NCBI GenBank assembly: GCA_963804955.1
Contig: CAWDSQ010000026.1
Span: 64,001-128,000, forward strand
Source of the DNA: an uncultured delta proteobacterium
GTDB taxonomy: Bacteria; Desulfobacterota; WTBG01; CAIYCZ01; CAIRTM01
Length of the DNA: 64,000 nucleotides
Direction: 5' to 3'
The notes beneath the pieces were generated by a model. That model was given only the letters and a program-made list of their open reading frames with translations, had not been told where the DNA came from and searched no databases. A program made the position numbers and the translations under genes. This document shows, piece by piece, positions 10,307-21,011 of this stretch. Within the stretch, counting starts at the first letter, position 1. Each line of letters begins with the position of its first letter.

Positions 10307-10465
10307 TGCCTGCTGATAATACTTTTTCACATGCAGCGCTGTCTGTAGTGTGCAACTTTCAAAAAAAGGTCTTATGAAGTCATAAAGGATTAAAAACTGC
10401 TATTCATGGGAGGCGCGAACAATGTACAAAAAGTATCACTGCAAAACGACTTATAAAGCAATCTT

Positions 10466-10528
10466 CTGTCCTTGCGAGACTGAGCCGACATCCGAATTGT
10501 TCTCGGATTCGGCTTCGCTCGCAATGAC
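10466..10528. repeat. TGTCAT-family palindromic element
   Basis: gtccttgcgag ... ctcgcaatgac inverted ends. Confidence 0.55.
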
Positions 10529-10671
10529 CCATGCCGAGATTTTTTACAAGGCTGTTAATACGTTGCACAGTGCAATTGCGCTACTTCCATCAGAAATATC
10601 ATGAGTATCAAAAAAACTCTATTTACAGCAGGTATAATAATTGTAAAATACTGCCAGTCTGGAGTGTATGC

Positions 10672-10929
10672 ATGCAGTATGAAAATATTGACGTTTCCAC
10701 ACATTCCGGTTTCAAAGCCGACGAACGCCCCGTGTCATTCATCTGGCGGGGGCGGGAGTACCGGATACATGAGATCATCGACCGGTGGTATGAGGGGGGC
10801 ATAAAGCCTGGCGATAACAGCCTCAGCTATTTCAAAGTTCGTGCCGATGACGGCAGCGATTACCTCCTGCGCTACAACTGTCTTTTTGATGGATGGACTA
10901 TTATCGTACCGCCACAGCCCGCCGCGTAA
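10672..10929 (+). CDS. DUF6504-like small protein
   Basis: ERPVSFIWRGREYRI.EIIDRW..G, YFKVRADDG.YLLRY...W pattern. Confidence 0.7.
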   Translation: MQYENIDVSTHSGFKADERPVSFIWRGREYRIHEIIDRWYEGGIKPGDNSLSYFKVRADDGSDYLLRYNCLFDGWTIIVPPQPAA

Positions 10930-10980
10930 GACAGCAGGCTGTATGCATATATTCATATCAAAAAAACAAAGCTGTACTCT

Positions 10981-11785
10981 ATGAATTGTTGCAAGAAAAA
11001 AACCGGAAGTTTACTGCTCTTTGCCCTTCTGGCAGTCTTCGGATACAGCATTAATCTTCCGCGGGCTTATGCTGAGCGGTCGTCAGCACCATCTGCCGCC
11101 GACATGTTTGCCGGTGAGACGCTGTATTATACCATCGACTTCTGGCTGCTGCGCGGGTCTGCGACAGGGGAGCTGTGCTTCACCAAAACCCCCAATGGCT
11201 ACCGGGCGCTGTTTGAGGCTGAAACCAGAGGTGTTCTGCGGCTTGTTGCCGGCCATCGGAAGGAAATCATGGAAAGCGTTATGGAATATGACCAGGCAGG
11301 AAAAAGGCTGCGGCCGCGGCTTTTCAGAGAAACGTTTTTACAGAATACAATGGAGTATAAAAGGGAGATCACGTTCGACTATAAGAAGGGCTCATTTACC
11401 TGCATCCGCACCTACCCCCGGGGCAAACCGCGCGTGACGCAGGGTGTGCTGCCGATACAGCGATTTCGAAGATCTGCTCACATTATTTTACAATGTCCGC
11501 ATGGGCTGCTACGGGACCCTGCGCGAAGGCGTCATGCTCAAAGTGCCGGTCATCATGAAGGAGCAGCCATCATTCATCACCCTTGATTTCCCGGCCCCGG
11601 GGACAAGGGACCGCAGGCGGGGCTTTAATGCAACCCTCAGCATGGACCGCAACCTCACGCATGCCCGCAGCAAAAACGTGCTTGTTCTCCTCGGGGACGA
11701 TGCAGTCGTAGAATCCGCCCTGGTCATTAACGCCTATTTTTTTGGCGATCTCGGCGTCAGGCTTACCGGCAGAACCTACCACTAA
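10981..11785 (+). CDS. secreted DUF3108-like protein (frameshift ~11455)
   Basis: Signal peptide; GETLYY.I.FW, DLLTLFYN.R motifs. Confidence 0.6.
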
Positions 11786-11878
11786 TGGTCTATGCTATTC
11801 AAAATTATCAATTAGAAGACCTCCCCTTCATCCCCTCCCATCAAGGGAGAAAAAAATATAAGCCGATCTCTCCAACTT

Positions 11879-12055
11879 GGAGACTGTGTCAAAATAAAAT
11901 AAATGCCCATTGCGAGGAGCCCTTCGGCACAGCTCAGGATAGACTCCGTGACGCGGCAATCTGGATTTTCGTAGGGGCTCAAAATTGTAGAGCTCCTTAC
12001 TTCTTTCGCAATGACAGTTTTGCGCAGGATGGGTTGAGGAACGAAACCCACCTGC
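11879..12055. repeat. second copy of the 3907-4040 composite plus a GCAG REP
   Basis: ~80 nt essentially identical to 3911-3990; left end ggagactgtgtcaaaa resembles 22902; gcaggatgggttgaggaacgaaacccacctgc follows. Confidence 0.8.
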
Positions 12056-12099
12056 TCCTTTTAGATTTACCGCAACAAAAAAAGCTTTTCGTTCAGGCA

Positions 12100-12642
12100 T
12101 TATTTAATGATTTTTGCAATCTCCCGGAACCGGGGCTCGGCAGCTGATCGCAGGAGTTCAAAAAGGGCCGTTTCAACGGAGGTAATCTGCACGCCCATGC
12201 TTCGCATGCGCTCAATGCCGACAGCATTGTTTTCCGGTGTGCGCGAGCAGACACAATCTGCCGCCACCTGCACGCGGAAGCCCAGGCCCAGAAGCTCCAT
12301 GGCCGTCTGCAGCACACAGATATGGGATTCAATGCCGATGAGCAGCACATCCGTGCGCCTGCGGGACTTCAGGGCTTGAATAAAATCCTCAGAGCCGCAG
12401 CAGCTGAAACTCATTTTGCTGACAGGGCGTGTCCCTGCCGGCATAACCGCTGCTATTTCAGGCAGCGTGCCCCCAAGCCGATCAGGGTTCTGCTCAGTCC
12501 AGAGTATCGGCACGTTCAAGACAGTGAAACCCGAAATCAGTTTACAGCTGCTTGCGACAAGCCGCTCGCGGTCAAACATCGCTTTTGCAAGATTCTCCTG
12601 CATGTCAATGCACACCAGGATGGTATTCTGTTGCTCAAGCAT
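12100..12642 (-). CDS. isochorismatase-family hydrolase
   Basis: IDMQE, TEQNP..LG.T, KMSFSC, GIESHICVLQT, ETALFELL. Confidence 0.92.
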   Translation of the reverse strand: MLEQQNTILVCIDMQENLAKAMFDRERLVASSCKLISGFTVLNVPILWTEQNPDRLGGTLPEIAAVMPAGTRPVSKMSFSCCGSEDFIQALKSRRRTDVLLIGIESHICVLQTAMELLGLGFRVQVAADCVCSRTPENNAVGIERMRSMGVQITSVETALFELLRSAAEPRFREIAKIIK

Positions 12643-12750
12643 TATCATCTCCTTCTTCACAAATCAGCATCTAACCACATCTCAAAGCTTGAGTTTTTCA
12701 TGATGCAGCAATGAGAGTTTTTTCTTGATACAGTATAGTCTGCTTTTTTC

Positions 12751-12854
12751 TGTCATCTCGACCGCAGGGAGAGATCTTCGGCTTAAGTACCATTCAAGTG
12801 TTACGATTTCTCCCCGAGCATGCCCTGAGCGAAGTCGAAGGGGTCGAAATGACA
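12751..12854. repeat. TGTCAT..ATGACA element with nested REP
   Basis: tgtcatctcgacc ... ggtcgaaatgaca, containing gccctgagcgaagtcgaaggg. Confidence 0.7.
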
Positions 12855-12882
12855 ATGCGGCTCCACCCTTTACAAAAAAGCT

Positions 12883-13344
12883 CTAATCCACCCAGTCAAC
12901 AATATGCTCTTCCCAATCATCCGCATCAACGTGGTCTTCACTCACCACCCTGCCGCGAATAGATATGCCTGCAGCATGAATCGTCTCGGGGCTGCCCGAC
13001 ACCAGAGGGTGCCACCACGGCAGCTGCTGCCCTTCAAACAACAGCCTGTAGGCGCAGGTGGCTGGCATGAAATGGACTGCCGCGAGATTCTGCGCAGTCA
13101 ATTTTACGCATGTCGGCACCAGCGTTGTGCGCTCACCATAGCAGGTACAGGAGCAGTGCTCCTCATCATAGTAGCGGCAGACAAGGTGCGTATAGCACAG
13201 CTCGCCGGTATCCTCAAACTCCAGCTTGATAAGGCAGCACTTGGCGCACCTGTCGCACAGCGACTCCCACTGCTCATGCGAGAGATCCTTAAGGTTCTTT
13301 GTTTCCCAGAACGGCTGATTGTTTTTTTGTTTGCCGGGACTCAT
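12883..13344 (-). CDS. YcgN (UPF0260) cysteine-cluster protein
   Basis: FWETK.L, WESLCDRCAKCC, P.TCAYR, WHPLVSG. Confidence 0.92.
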   Translation of the reverse strand: MSPGKQKNNQPFWETKNLKDLSHEQWESLCDRCAKCCLIKLEFEDTGELCYTHLVCRYYDEEHCSCTCYGERTTLVPTCVKLTAQNLAAVHFMPATCAYRLLFEGQQLPWWHPLVSGSPETIHAAGISIRGRVVSEDHVDADDWEEHIVDWVD

Positions 13345-13401
13345 TCTCCATCCAACTAAAACTGCCTGCAGACAAAAGATTTATTAAACAAATATAGCCC
13401 A

Positions 13402-13514
13402 TTGTTATTTCGACTTGACAATCCCGGCTTTTCGTAGGGGCTCAAAATTTTGAGCCCCTACTCGGAAATAAAGATCTCTCCCGGACCTGCCTGGCGAGAA
13501 GGTCGAGATGACAA
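13402..13514. repeat. TGTCAT-family element containing a perfect 28-bp GTAG palindrome
   Basis: ttgttatttcgac/gtcgagatgacaa ends; gtaggggctcaaaattttgagcccctac at 13434-13461. Confidence 0.75.
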
Positions 13515-13627
13515 AAAAGATAAAACTTCTATCGTTACAAAAAATATTTTAGGTAACATTTTATAGACCCTGCACGGATTATTCAAGAATTGATTTGACA
13601 AGAGCCTGAAAAAAATGCTGTGATTCT

Positions 13628-13981
13628 ATGAACAATAAGGGGAGTACAGCCGTGAACGAAAACAATAGTGAAACACCGCGCGGTATCATCAAAGATGAAA
13701 TTGGAATCATTGCCTGGAAGGCCCTCGCCCGTTTTTTTGCCAGCGGTACTGCGATTGCCGTAGACGCAGAGCTTAATCTGGCGGATGTTGCCTCACAATT
13801 CTCCCAAAACAGCAGTGGCATCGTGGAGCAGTGGCTGCGCCACGGAAAAGTTGGCAAGGTTTCAGATGAGCAGGCAAAAATATGGTTTGAAACCGATGCC
13901 ACGGTAGCGGCAGTTGTCGTCAGCCCGTGGGTGCTGGTGCAGGAAGTGAACATAGAAACAGAGCAGGAAGACAGACAATAA
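13628..13981 (+). CDS. DUF2288-family protein
   Basis: IAWKALARFFASG, AVVVSPWVLVQE; true start may be GTG 13652. Confidence 0.8.
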   Translation: MNNKGSTAVNENNSETPRGIIKDEIGIIAWKALARFFASGTAIAVDAELNLADVASQFSQNSSGIVEQWLRHGKVGKVSDEQAKIWFETDATVAAVVVSPWVLVQEVNIETEQEDRQ

Positions 13982-14053
13982 ACTTTTCGTTTGCCCTGCC
14001 TGCAGGCTATCAGTCTACAGCCATAGTGGCAATTTGCATCCGCCCGGCGCAGG

Positions 14054-16210
14054 CTACTTCTCCCTGTGCCGTATCTTCCAGCACTGGTGAATGCGCTTGT
14101 TGCGCACAAAATCGGGCGGTATGGTCTGCGCGCTTATATCTTCAAGCCGATACCATGCCAGCATGCGCTCATCGAGCATGAATTTTCGAAAATTTGTCGA
14201 AAAAACAAGCGTGCCGCCCGGCGCCAGGCGCCGCGTCGCGCGGGTTATCAACTCCACATGGTCGCGCTGCACATCAAAGACCGTGCTCGTGCGCTTTGAA
14301 TTGGAAAAAGTCGGCGGGTCGGCGAATATCAGATCGAACTGCCGCTTCTCACCTTCCAGCCATTTCATGCAGTCGGCCTGCACCAGCTCGTTGAACTCTT
14401 CGCTGACGCCGTTGAGAACCAGATTGCACCGCGCCCATTCAAGATACACAGCGGAAAGGTCGACCGTGGTTGTTGAGCGCGCCCCGCCAAGGGCGGCAAA
14501 AACACTCGCCGATCCGGTATAGCCGAAAAGATTTAAAAAATGCCTGTCCGCCGCCATCTCGCGCAGCATGCGCCGCGTGCCGCGGTGGTCAAGGAAAAGG
14601 CCCGTGTCGAGGTAATCGGTGAGATTAACCAGCAGCCTGCAGCCGCTCTCGCGCACTTCATGCAGCCTGCCCTGCTCCCCGCGCTTCTCATACTGCCCGC
14701 CGTCTTTCTGCTGCTTGCGGACTTTTATGAACACCTGTGACCTGCGCACGCCCAGAACCGCTTCAACAGCCCTCAAGCCGGTTAAAAAGCGCTGCGAAGC
14801 TTTTGCCGGTTCAATATCTTTGGGCGGCGCGTATTCCTGCACATGTACATTTTTTTCGTATACATCGATTGCCATATTGTATTCGGGCATGTCAGCATCA
14901 TAGACGCGGAAACAGGAAACGCCCTCCTTCCGCGCCCAGGGCAGGAGTTTGGCGAGATTTTTTTTCAGCCTGTTGGCAAACTGCTGCGCCTCGATATCGG
15001 GCGTTTCCTGCCGCACATCAAGTGCCGGCCCCGGTTCCTCAACCGACGCTTCAGGCACATCATACATATACAGGTTGCAGGGTATGGGGCCGTTAAAAAG
15101 CTTGTGCTTTCCGTTGGGCTTCATACCCAGGGCATCGGCAAGCTCGACCGTATTGGTGAACACTGCAGCCTGCCAGCCTGCGCACTGCTGCTTCAGGCTG
15201 CGCCCCAGGCACCGGTAGAGATAGCGCACGCTGCTGAACGTGCCCAGCCGCTCGCCATAGGGCGGATTGGTGACAATAAAGCCCTGCTGCGCCGCTGGCG
15301 CCTGAAATGACCCGAGCTCATGGCGCTCCACATGCACATGCCCCCGGAGCCCTGCCCGCTCGATATTTTCCAGCGCGCCGGTGATGGCAGTGCGGTCTGC
15401 ATCAAAGCCGATGATTCTGGGCCAGTGCCGCTCAAGCCCCGCTTTGGAGCGCTCGCGGGCTTCTGTCAGCTCCTGCTGCCAGAGCGAGGCGCTGTGCCCG
15501 CGCCAGCCCAAAAACCCGAAATACCGGTGCAGGAGCCCCGGGGCAATGTCGCCATAGATGAGGGCCGCTTCGATGAGCAGCGTGCCGGAGCCGCAGAGCG
15601 GATCAAAAAAAACCGCATCTTTGGGCGTCTGCGCTGTCCAGCCGGCAAGCTGCACAATGGCTGCGGCAAGCGTTTCCTTGAGGGGGGCATCGCCGCCATG
15701 GCTGCGGTAGCCGCGCATATGCAAACTTGCCCCGGACAGATCGAGGCGCAGGGCAGCCTCTGTCCCTTTCAAAAAAACCTGCAGCTGGATATCCGGGTGG
15801 ACGGTGCTGACCGAAGGCCGCTTTCTGTCGCGGTCGCGAAAATGATCAACCAGGGCGTCTTTCACCCTCAGGGCTGCAAAACCGGTATGCCCTATGGGAG
15901 ACTCAACAGCTGTGCAGGAAACGGCAAAGGTGTTGATGCTTTCAAGATGCTCATGCCAGGCAATGGTGCGGGCCCCTGCATACAGGGCATCGGGGTCAGG
16001 CGCCTCGAAGGTCGTAAGCGTCAGGAGTATCCGGTTTGCCAGCCGCGACCACAGGCAGGCGCGATATGCCGTGCGCATGGTTCCGGAAAACGCGACCGCT
16101 CCCTGTTCTAACGATGAGATATCGGCGCCAAGGTCCATAAGTTCTTTTTCGAGAAGGCCTTCCAGACCGGAAGCGCATGTTGCAACAAATTGTTTCTTTC
16201 CACGAATCAT
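14054..16210 (-). CDS. rlmKL: bifunctional 23S rRNA methyltransferase RlmKL
   Basis: THUMP region, SLHMRGYR, DPLCGSGT, NPPYGERL, NRLKKN, DTGLFLDHR, DPPTFSNSK; 718 aa. Confidence 0.96.
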   Translation of the reverse strand: MIRGKKQFVATCASGLEGLLEKELMDLGADISSLEQGAVAFSGTMRTAYRACLWSRLANRILLTLTTFEAPDPDALYAGARTIAWHEHLESINTFAVSCTAVESPIGHTGFAALRVKDALVDHFRDRDRKRPSVSTVHPDIQLQVFLKGTEAALRLDLSGASLHMRGYRSHGGDAPLKETLAAAIVQLAGWTAQTPKDAVFFDPLCGSGTLLIEAALIYGDIAPGLLHRYFGFLGWRGHSASLWQQELTEARERSKAGLERHWPRIIGFDADRTAITGALENIERAGLRGHVHVERHELGSFQAPAAQQGFIVTNPPYGERLGTFSSVRYLYRCLGRSLKQQCAGWQAAVFTNTVELADALGMKPNGKHKLFNGPIPCNLYMYDVPEASVEEPGPALDVRQETPDIEAQQFANRLKKNLAKLLPWARKEGVSCFRVYDADMPEYNMAIDVYEKNVHVQEYAPPKDIEPAKASQRFLTGLRAVEAVLGVRRSQVFIKVRKQQKDGGQYEKRGEQGRLHEVRESGCRLLVNLTDYLDTGLFLDHRGTRRMLREMAADRHFLNLFGYTGSASVFAALGGARSTTTVDLSAVYLEWARCNLVLNGVSEEFNELVQADCMKWLEGEKRQFDLIFADPPTFSNSKRTSTVFDVQRDHVELITRATRRLAPGGTLVFSTNFRKFMLDERMLAWYRLEDISAQTIPPDFVRNKRIHQCWKIRHREK

Positions 16211-16230
16211 GCTGTATCCTTTTTTAGATA

Positions 16231-16358
16231 AGAAGTCAGAAGCCAGGAGTCAGAATTCAGAATAAAAGATGATTTGGCTTCAAGGGGTCTTTTTTTTATG
16301 CTGACTTGTGATTTCCGTATTTTAACTTCTGGATTCCGGCTACTGGATTCTGACTTCT
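16231..16358. repeat. heptamer-repeat inverted element
   Basis: agaagtc-agaagcc-aggagtc-agaattc arm inverted against attccggctactggattctgacttct; related partial copy at 1-112. Confidence 0.65.
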
Positions 16359-16363
16359 ATCTT

Positions 16364-17137
16364 TTATATTTTCAGAATCAGCTCTACGGGGCAGTGGTCC
16401 GAACCCGGGACTTCGGGCATGATGGCAGCCGACTGCACGCTGCCGCGCAGGCTTTCGCTCACAAAAAAATAGTCGAGGCGCCAACCCACATTGCGCTCCC
16501 GCGCGCGGGTCTTCATATCCCACCAGGTATACTGGCCGGCCTCGGTGCAGAACAGCCTGAAAGTGTCGATATAGCCCGCTGCCAGCAGCCTGTCTATCCA
16601 GGCGCGCTCCTCGGGAAGAAAGCCTGTCACCTTCTGATTCTCTTTTGGCCGGGCCAGGTCAATTTCGTTGTGAGCGGTATTGACATCGCCGCAGATGACG
16701 ATATGCCTGCCTTTTTTCCGCAGCGCCTCAATGCAGTCAAGAAAAGCATCGTAGAAATCCATTTTAAACTGCAGGCGCTCAGGCGACATGCCGCCATTGG
16801 GGAAATACACATTAAACAGGACGAAGCTGCCGAAATCAACAGCCAGCGTGCGGCCCTCCGTGTCGAAGCGCTCGACGCCAAGGCCGCGGCGAATCTCCTG
16901 CGGCTTCATACGGCTGTACAGAGCCACGCCGCTGTAGCCTTTGCGCTCGGCACTGTCAAAATAAGCCGAATAGCCCGGCACGGTGCGCAGCTCAAAAGGC
17001 AGCTGCTCTTCAGATGCCTTGGTTTCCTGCAGGCACAGTATATCGGGCTTTTCCTGCATAAACCACTCAAGAAACCCTTTTTTATGCGCGGCCCGCAGGC
17101 CGTTGACATTCCATGAAAACATGCGCACTGTTGCCAT
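16364..17137 (-). CDS. xth: exodeoxyribonuclease III
   Basis: [40 protein letters not shown]. Confidence 0.97.
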   Translation of the reverse strand: MATVRMFSWNVNGLRAAHKKGFLEWFMQEKPDILCLQETKASEEQLPFELRTVPGYSAYFDSAERKGYSGVALYSRMKPQEIRRGLGVERFDTEGRTLAVDFGSFVLFNVYFPNGGMSPERLQFKMDFYDAFLDCIEALRKKGRHIVICGDVNTAHNEIDLARPKENQKVTGFLPEERAWIDRLLAAGYIDTFRLFCTEAGQYTWWDMKTRARERNVGWRLDYFFVSESLRGSVQSAAIMPEVPGSDHCPVELILKI

Positions 17138-17139
17138 AA

Positions 17140-18883
17140 TCAGCGTCCCTTCAGCTTTATACGTTGCTCCGCTGTCCGCCTCAGCTCACCCTTCATTCGC
17201 GCGTACTCGATAAACACCTCTGCATCCCCGTATCCCGTATCCTGCACCTGCCGTGCAAGCCCGGGAAACAGCCCATAGCCGTCAGCGCCGCCGGCAAGAT
17301 ACTTATTGGTTACAATACGGCAGTTTGCTGCGTCCGCAAGCGTGCGCCATCTGCCCCTGCTGTCCTGCAGTTCAACCCGCATCAGCCTTTTGCCCGCCGG
17401 CCGCGCCCTGTCGGCCGTGTAGCGCAGCCCCGCCACATAGGGAAAAGCGCCGTCATTCTCCGGCGAGGAAAGAGCCCTGTCGATGCCTGCGTTCAGCAGC
17501 TTTTTTAAATTCCTGCCGCTTACCCGGCACACCACAAGCCTGTCGCCGAAGGGCAGCACATCGGCCAGCTGCCCCACGGATACATCGCCTTTGGCAATAG
17601 ATCCCCGCACCGCTCCGGCATTGACAAGGGCTGCATCAGCCCCCAAACCCAGTGCCCGAACTTTCCAGAGCATGGCATCTGCCACAAGCGGCGCTATCTG
17701 GCTGCCACCGGCAAGTTCACCGCCCGCCTGAGGCAGGCGCACATGCACCAGATCCTCCGTCGCTTGTGCAGCCTTCTGCGTGTAAAACACCGCCACCGCC
17801 TGCGCGTATGGCTCAAGCATCTTGCGAGACTCGGCATCTTCTTCGATCGATACAATGCCGGGGCTGCGCGCAAGCTTTGCCTGTATCTTCTTCTCCATCT
17901 CCGGGCCGACCGGGCTCCGCCTGCCAGTGCCGTTCTCCTGCGTGAACACGGTGCCTACCGGCATGAGGGGCTCGCCTTCCCATGAGGTGACGCGTCCCTG
18001 GCGGTCAAAGGAGACTGTCAGAGCACCGACAACTTTGGCCCATTCCCAGGCCTGAACGACAAGAACAGTGGCATTGTCGGCATTTTTGCACACCGTCGGG
18101 TATGGGCCCTCGCCGGCAAAGCCCAGGGCTCTGAAATCGCCCAGCAGCGTATGGCTATGGCCGCCTGCAATCACGTCAATTTCCGGGAGCCTCGCTGCAA
18201 GCGCCATATCCCTGCTGTAGCCCAGATGCGACAGTACGATAATGACATGCACATTCTGCGCGACAAGCGCGTCTATGGCCTTTCTGGCAGCCTGCTCGGG
18301 CTCCTGGAATGCAACAGACGGGCCGGAATGCGAAAAGGCCGACGTATCGGGCGTGGTGAGGCCGATGATGCCCACCTTCTTGCCGCCCACATTCTTTATG
18401 CTATACGGCTGTATCAGGCTGAGCAGCAGCCGGCTCTTTCGAAACGTCGATATTTGCCGACACGATGGCAAAGTCAGCCTGATCGGCAAAAGCGGCAAGA
18501 GCCTGCGGACCCCGGTCAAACTCATGGTTGCCGGGAGTCATGGCATCAAGGCCCATCCGGTTAAAAAAGTTGCAATCAGCCCGCCCGCCGAAACGCTTAA
18601 AATACAGCGTACCCTGAAACACATCACCTGCATGAACGAAAAGCAGATTATCATGATCGTCGCGAAGTTTCCGCACGCATGCCGCAAGGCGCGGAAACCC
18701 GCCGGCTTCGGTGCGGATGGTGGCATTGTCCAGGTCAAATTTCAGCGGCACAGGATCAAGATGGCCATGCGTGTCATTGACATGGGCAAGCGTGAGCGTA
18801 TGACCGCCCCGCAGGCCCGAGCAGCCGGTACAGGCAACCAGGCACAGGGCGGCAAGCAATAAAGGCTTGAAATGCTTTTTCAT
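17140..18883 (-). CDS. 5'-nucleotidase/metallophosphatase lipoprotein (frameshift ~18420)
   Basis: Lipobox-like [45 protein letters not shown]. Confidence 0.9.
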
Positions 18884-19176
18884 GGGTTTTTCCATTACGG
18901 GAAGTATATGCAAAGCGCCGCTCATTGTCCAGCTTCAAAGGCAGCAAGGGGGAATATAGGCATTAAACAAACATATTTGGAGGTATAAAATTGAATGTAC
19001 GCATGCAGTTATGGAAACAGCGCCTTGCTTCATTTCAACAACAAATAGCTCAAAAAAAATCCGGGCCTGCTACCCTGGTAATGGCATTCGGAAGATACGG
19101 CCTGTAATAAGCGCTTTAAAAAAAGGCCTGACCGCAACAGAGTGCAATCAGGCCTTTTCTGTGAATTGCAGGTTGT

Positions 19177-20673
19177 TTATTGCCCCAGTATAGTAAGGGG
19201 TGTTGCAAAACTATAAGGAACTCCTTTTGCTGTATCTTTAAACATGAGCTCAATATAATACGCTGTATAGCCTGTTTCCGGCGGATCAACAATACCCGGG
19301 TATGAGCCTGCGGCGTCTTTTTCAATATCAATCGAAGTCCAGGTTTCATTATCCGTTGTCTGCCTGAAATCCCGGTTAACCGGATTTGTGGCCCTCCACA
19401 GTTTTACTGCTTCGGGTTTTTGCTGTCCCGGCGTTACGGTAAATGCCCCCTCCTCCAAACCGGTCCAGGTAAAATCAGGCAGGGGCTGGCTGTTAATGAT
19501 GTGCCGGTAAAAAGCCGCAATGCTGTTCTGAACATCAGGCAGTTCCCTGATGTCATGACCGGTATTGGGAACATAAGAGATCCGGGTATCTTCCGACATA
19601 TTATCGAAATAGAGATTCACCGCGTCAGAGCAGGAGTACGGGTCACCGGTGCCGACCAGTATCAGGCCCGGGATAGTGAGGCGAGCTCGATATGCATATG
19701 CGTCCAAATCGGCCATCAGCTGCAGGCCAATTTCTGTTTTATACCGGGTATACAGGTCAAACTCCATATTGGGATCCTGCTCCTCGCTGCGGGCAGGCCA
19801 GGATGCATCCTGCAGGGCAATCTGCTCCCCTATATTCAGCAGATCATAGCTGACCGGCGCAACACCCGCAACACGATCATCCAGCGCGGCGGCGAGCCAG
19901 ACGATATGACCGCGTTTGGAATGCCCGGTCAGGACAAACTCTTTGGCTACCTGGCGCCCCGAATACAGTTCCCCCAAAAATTCCTGAATAACATCCATGC
20001 CGCGGACAACCGCTTTTGTCATGGGCGCCATAATCGCCCAGCTAAAATCTCCTGTGCTTAATGCAAGATCAAAGGAGCGGGCCTGCAGCGAATCTTCAGT
20101 GCGAGGCACTGTGCACTCGTCTATGTATTCGTCCTGGTTTATATCTTCAAGAATAGAACAATACGTTGACGTGTCAGTTTCATCATTAAAAGCAATCGGG
20201 CCGATAGGAATGCCATGCAGTTCCGCAACAATTGAACGGGACTTGAGCGCCGGCAGCGCTTCCTCGAATGTCGCCCCGGAGGGCGTGTCTTTATGCTCGT
20301 TATCACCCTTCAGCAGGTACAACAGGGCTTTGTCGGATTTGACCAGAGAAAAAAACGGGATTTTCTGCGTGTATTGGCCAAACAGGCGCGGCTCCACTAT
20401 CCTGAGCCAGTGCTTCCACTTGCCGTCATCCTCAATCTCATCGGAATGCCATGCCCACTCGCCGGGATGCCATTTCTGGGAGGTGATTTCAAAAATATAG
20501 GTCGTGTACAGAAACGTGTAGGCTGTTTTAACAAGCTTATACTCGAATGCATCATCCGGCGCGTTTACATATTCTTCCAGGGTCATTCCTTGAGCAAAAC
20601 AGTTTTTTGCCAGGGCCAGGATAAGGATGACAAAAATAACGATGCTTTTTTTTACATGCTTGTGTTCTGACAT
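19177..20673 (-). CDS. secreted PhoPQ-activated pathogenicity (PqaA-type) alpha/beta hydrolase
   Basis: Signal peptide; L.EYV...D, W.H.L.I, RTED, PMTKAVVR.MD, G.SKRG, YVPN.GH. Confidence 0.85.
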   Translation of the reverse strand: MSEHKHVKKSIVIFVILILALAKNCFAQGMTLEEYVNAPDDAFEYKLVKTAYTFLYTTYIFEITSQKWHPGEWAWHSDEIEDDGKWKHWLRIVEPRLFGQYTQKIPFFSLVKSDKALLYLLKGDNEHKDTPSGATFEEALPALKSRSIVAELHGIPIGPIAFNDETDTSTYCSILEDINQDEYIDECTVPRTEDSLQARSFDLALSTGDFSWAIMAPMTKAVVRGMDVIQEFLGELYSGRQVAKEFVLTGHSKRGHIVWLAAALDDRVAGVAPVSYDLLNIGEQIALQDASWPARSEEQDPNMEFDLYTRYKTEIGLQLMADLDAYAYRARLTIPGLILVGTGDPYSCSDAVNLYFDNMSEDTRISYVPNTGHDIRELPDVQNSIAAFYRHIINSQPLPDFTWTGLEEGAFTVTPGQQKPEAVKLWRATNPVNRDFRQTTDNETWTSIDIEKDAAGSYPGIVDPPETGYTAYYIELMFKDTAKGVPYSFATPLTILGQ

Positions 20674-20931
20674 ATAAACCCCCTGATTTTTTAAGTTATC
20701 CGTTCCGCAGGCATAAATCTGTACGATTAACTGTTCTATCTAAAAAATAGAACTAAATGCCGCTTTTTGCAAGCAGCTGAGTTTGCCCCAATGCTACATG
20801 ACAGCTCTATACCGGAACAAATAACAAACACGCCAATTACTGCTTATCAGACATGGCATCCACAACATCAAGTCGCTTTCGTGGAAAGAGGGCTGACAGT
20901 TCTGTACTCTTTGCAAAAAAAGGCTGCAATA

Positions 20932-20967
20932 ATACAGGGCCCGGCGAAAAAACACCGGGCCCTGTAT
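20932..20967. terminator. strong hairpin/terminator after the 21012-22701 gene
   Basis: atacagggcccgg..ccgggccctgtat. Confidence 0.7.
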
Positions 20968-21011
20968 ACTGTTAACAATCAAACAACGATAAGTCCGGAA
21001 GGATCCCCAGC

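Noticed and set aside
11785..12147. ORFs 11785-12147, 551-844, 4186-4425 and 22811-23095
   Set aside because: They are translations of palindromic repeat elements.
15320..17116. Long antisense ORFs (15320-16111, 16274-17116; also 36557-37462, 7330-8001)
   Set aside because: Shadow frames of well-supported genes in GC-rich coding DNA; no motifs.
20740..20790. Minus-strand GGGCAAAC upstream of the PqaA gene, like the start of a c-di-GMP-I riboswitch
   Set aside because: No GAAA tetraloop stem or GACGCAAA/P3 elements follow.
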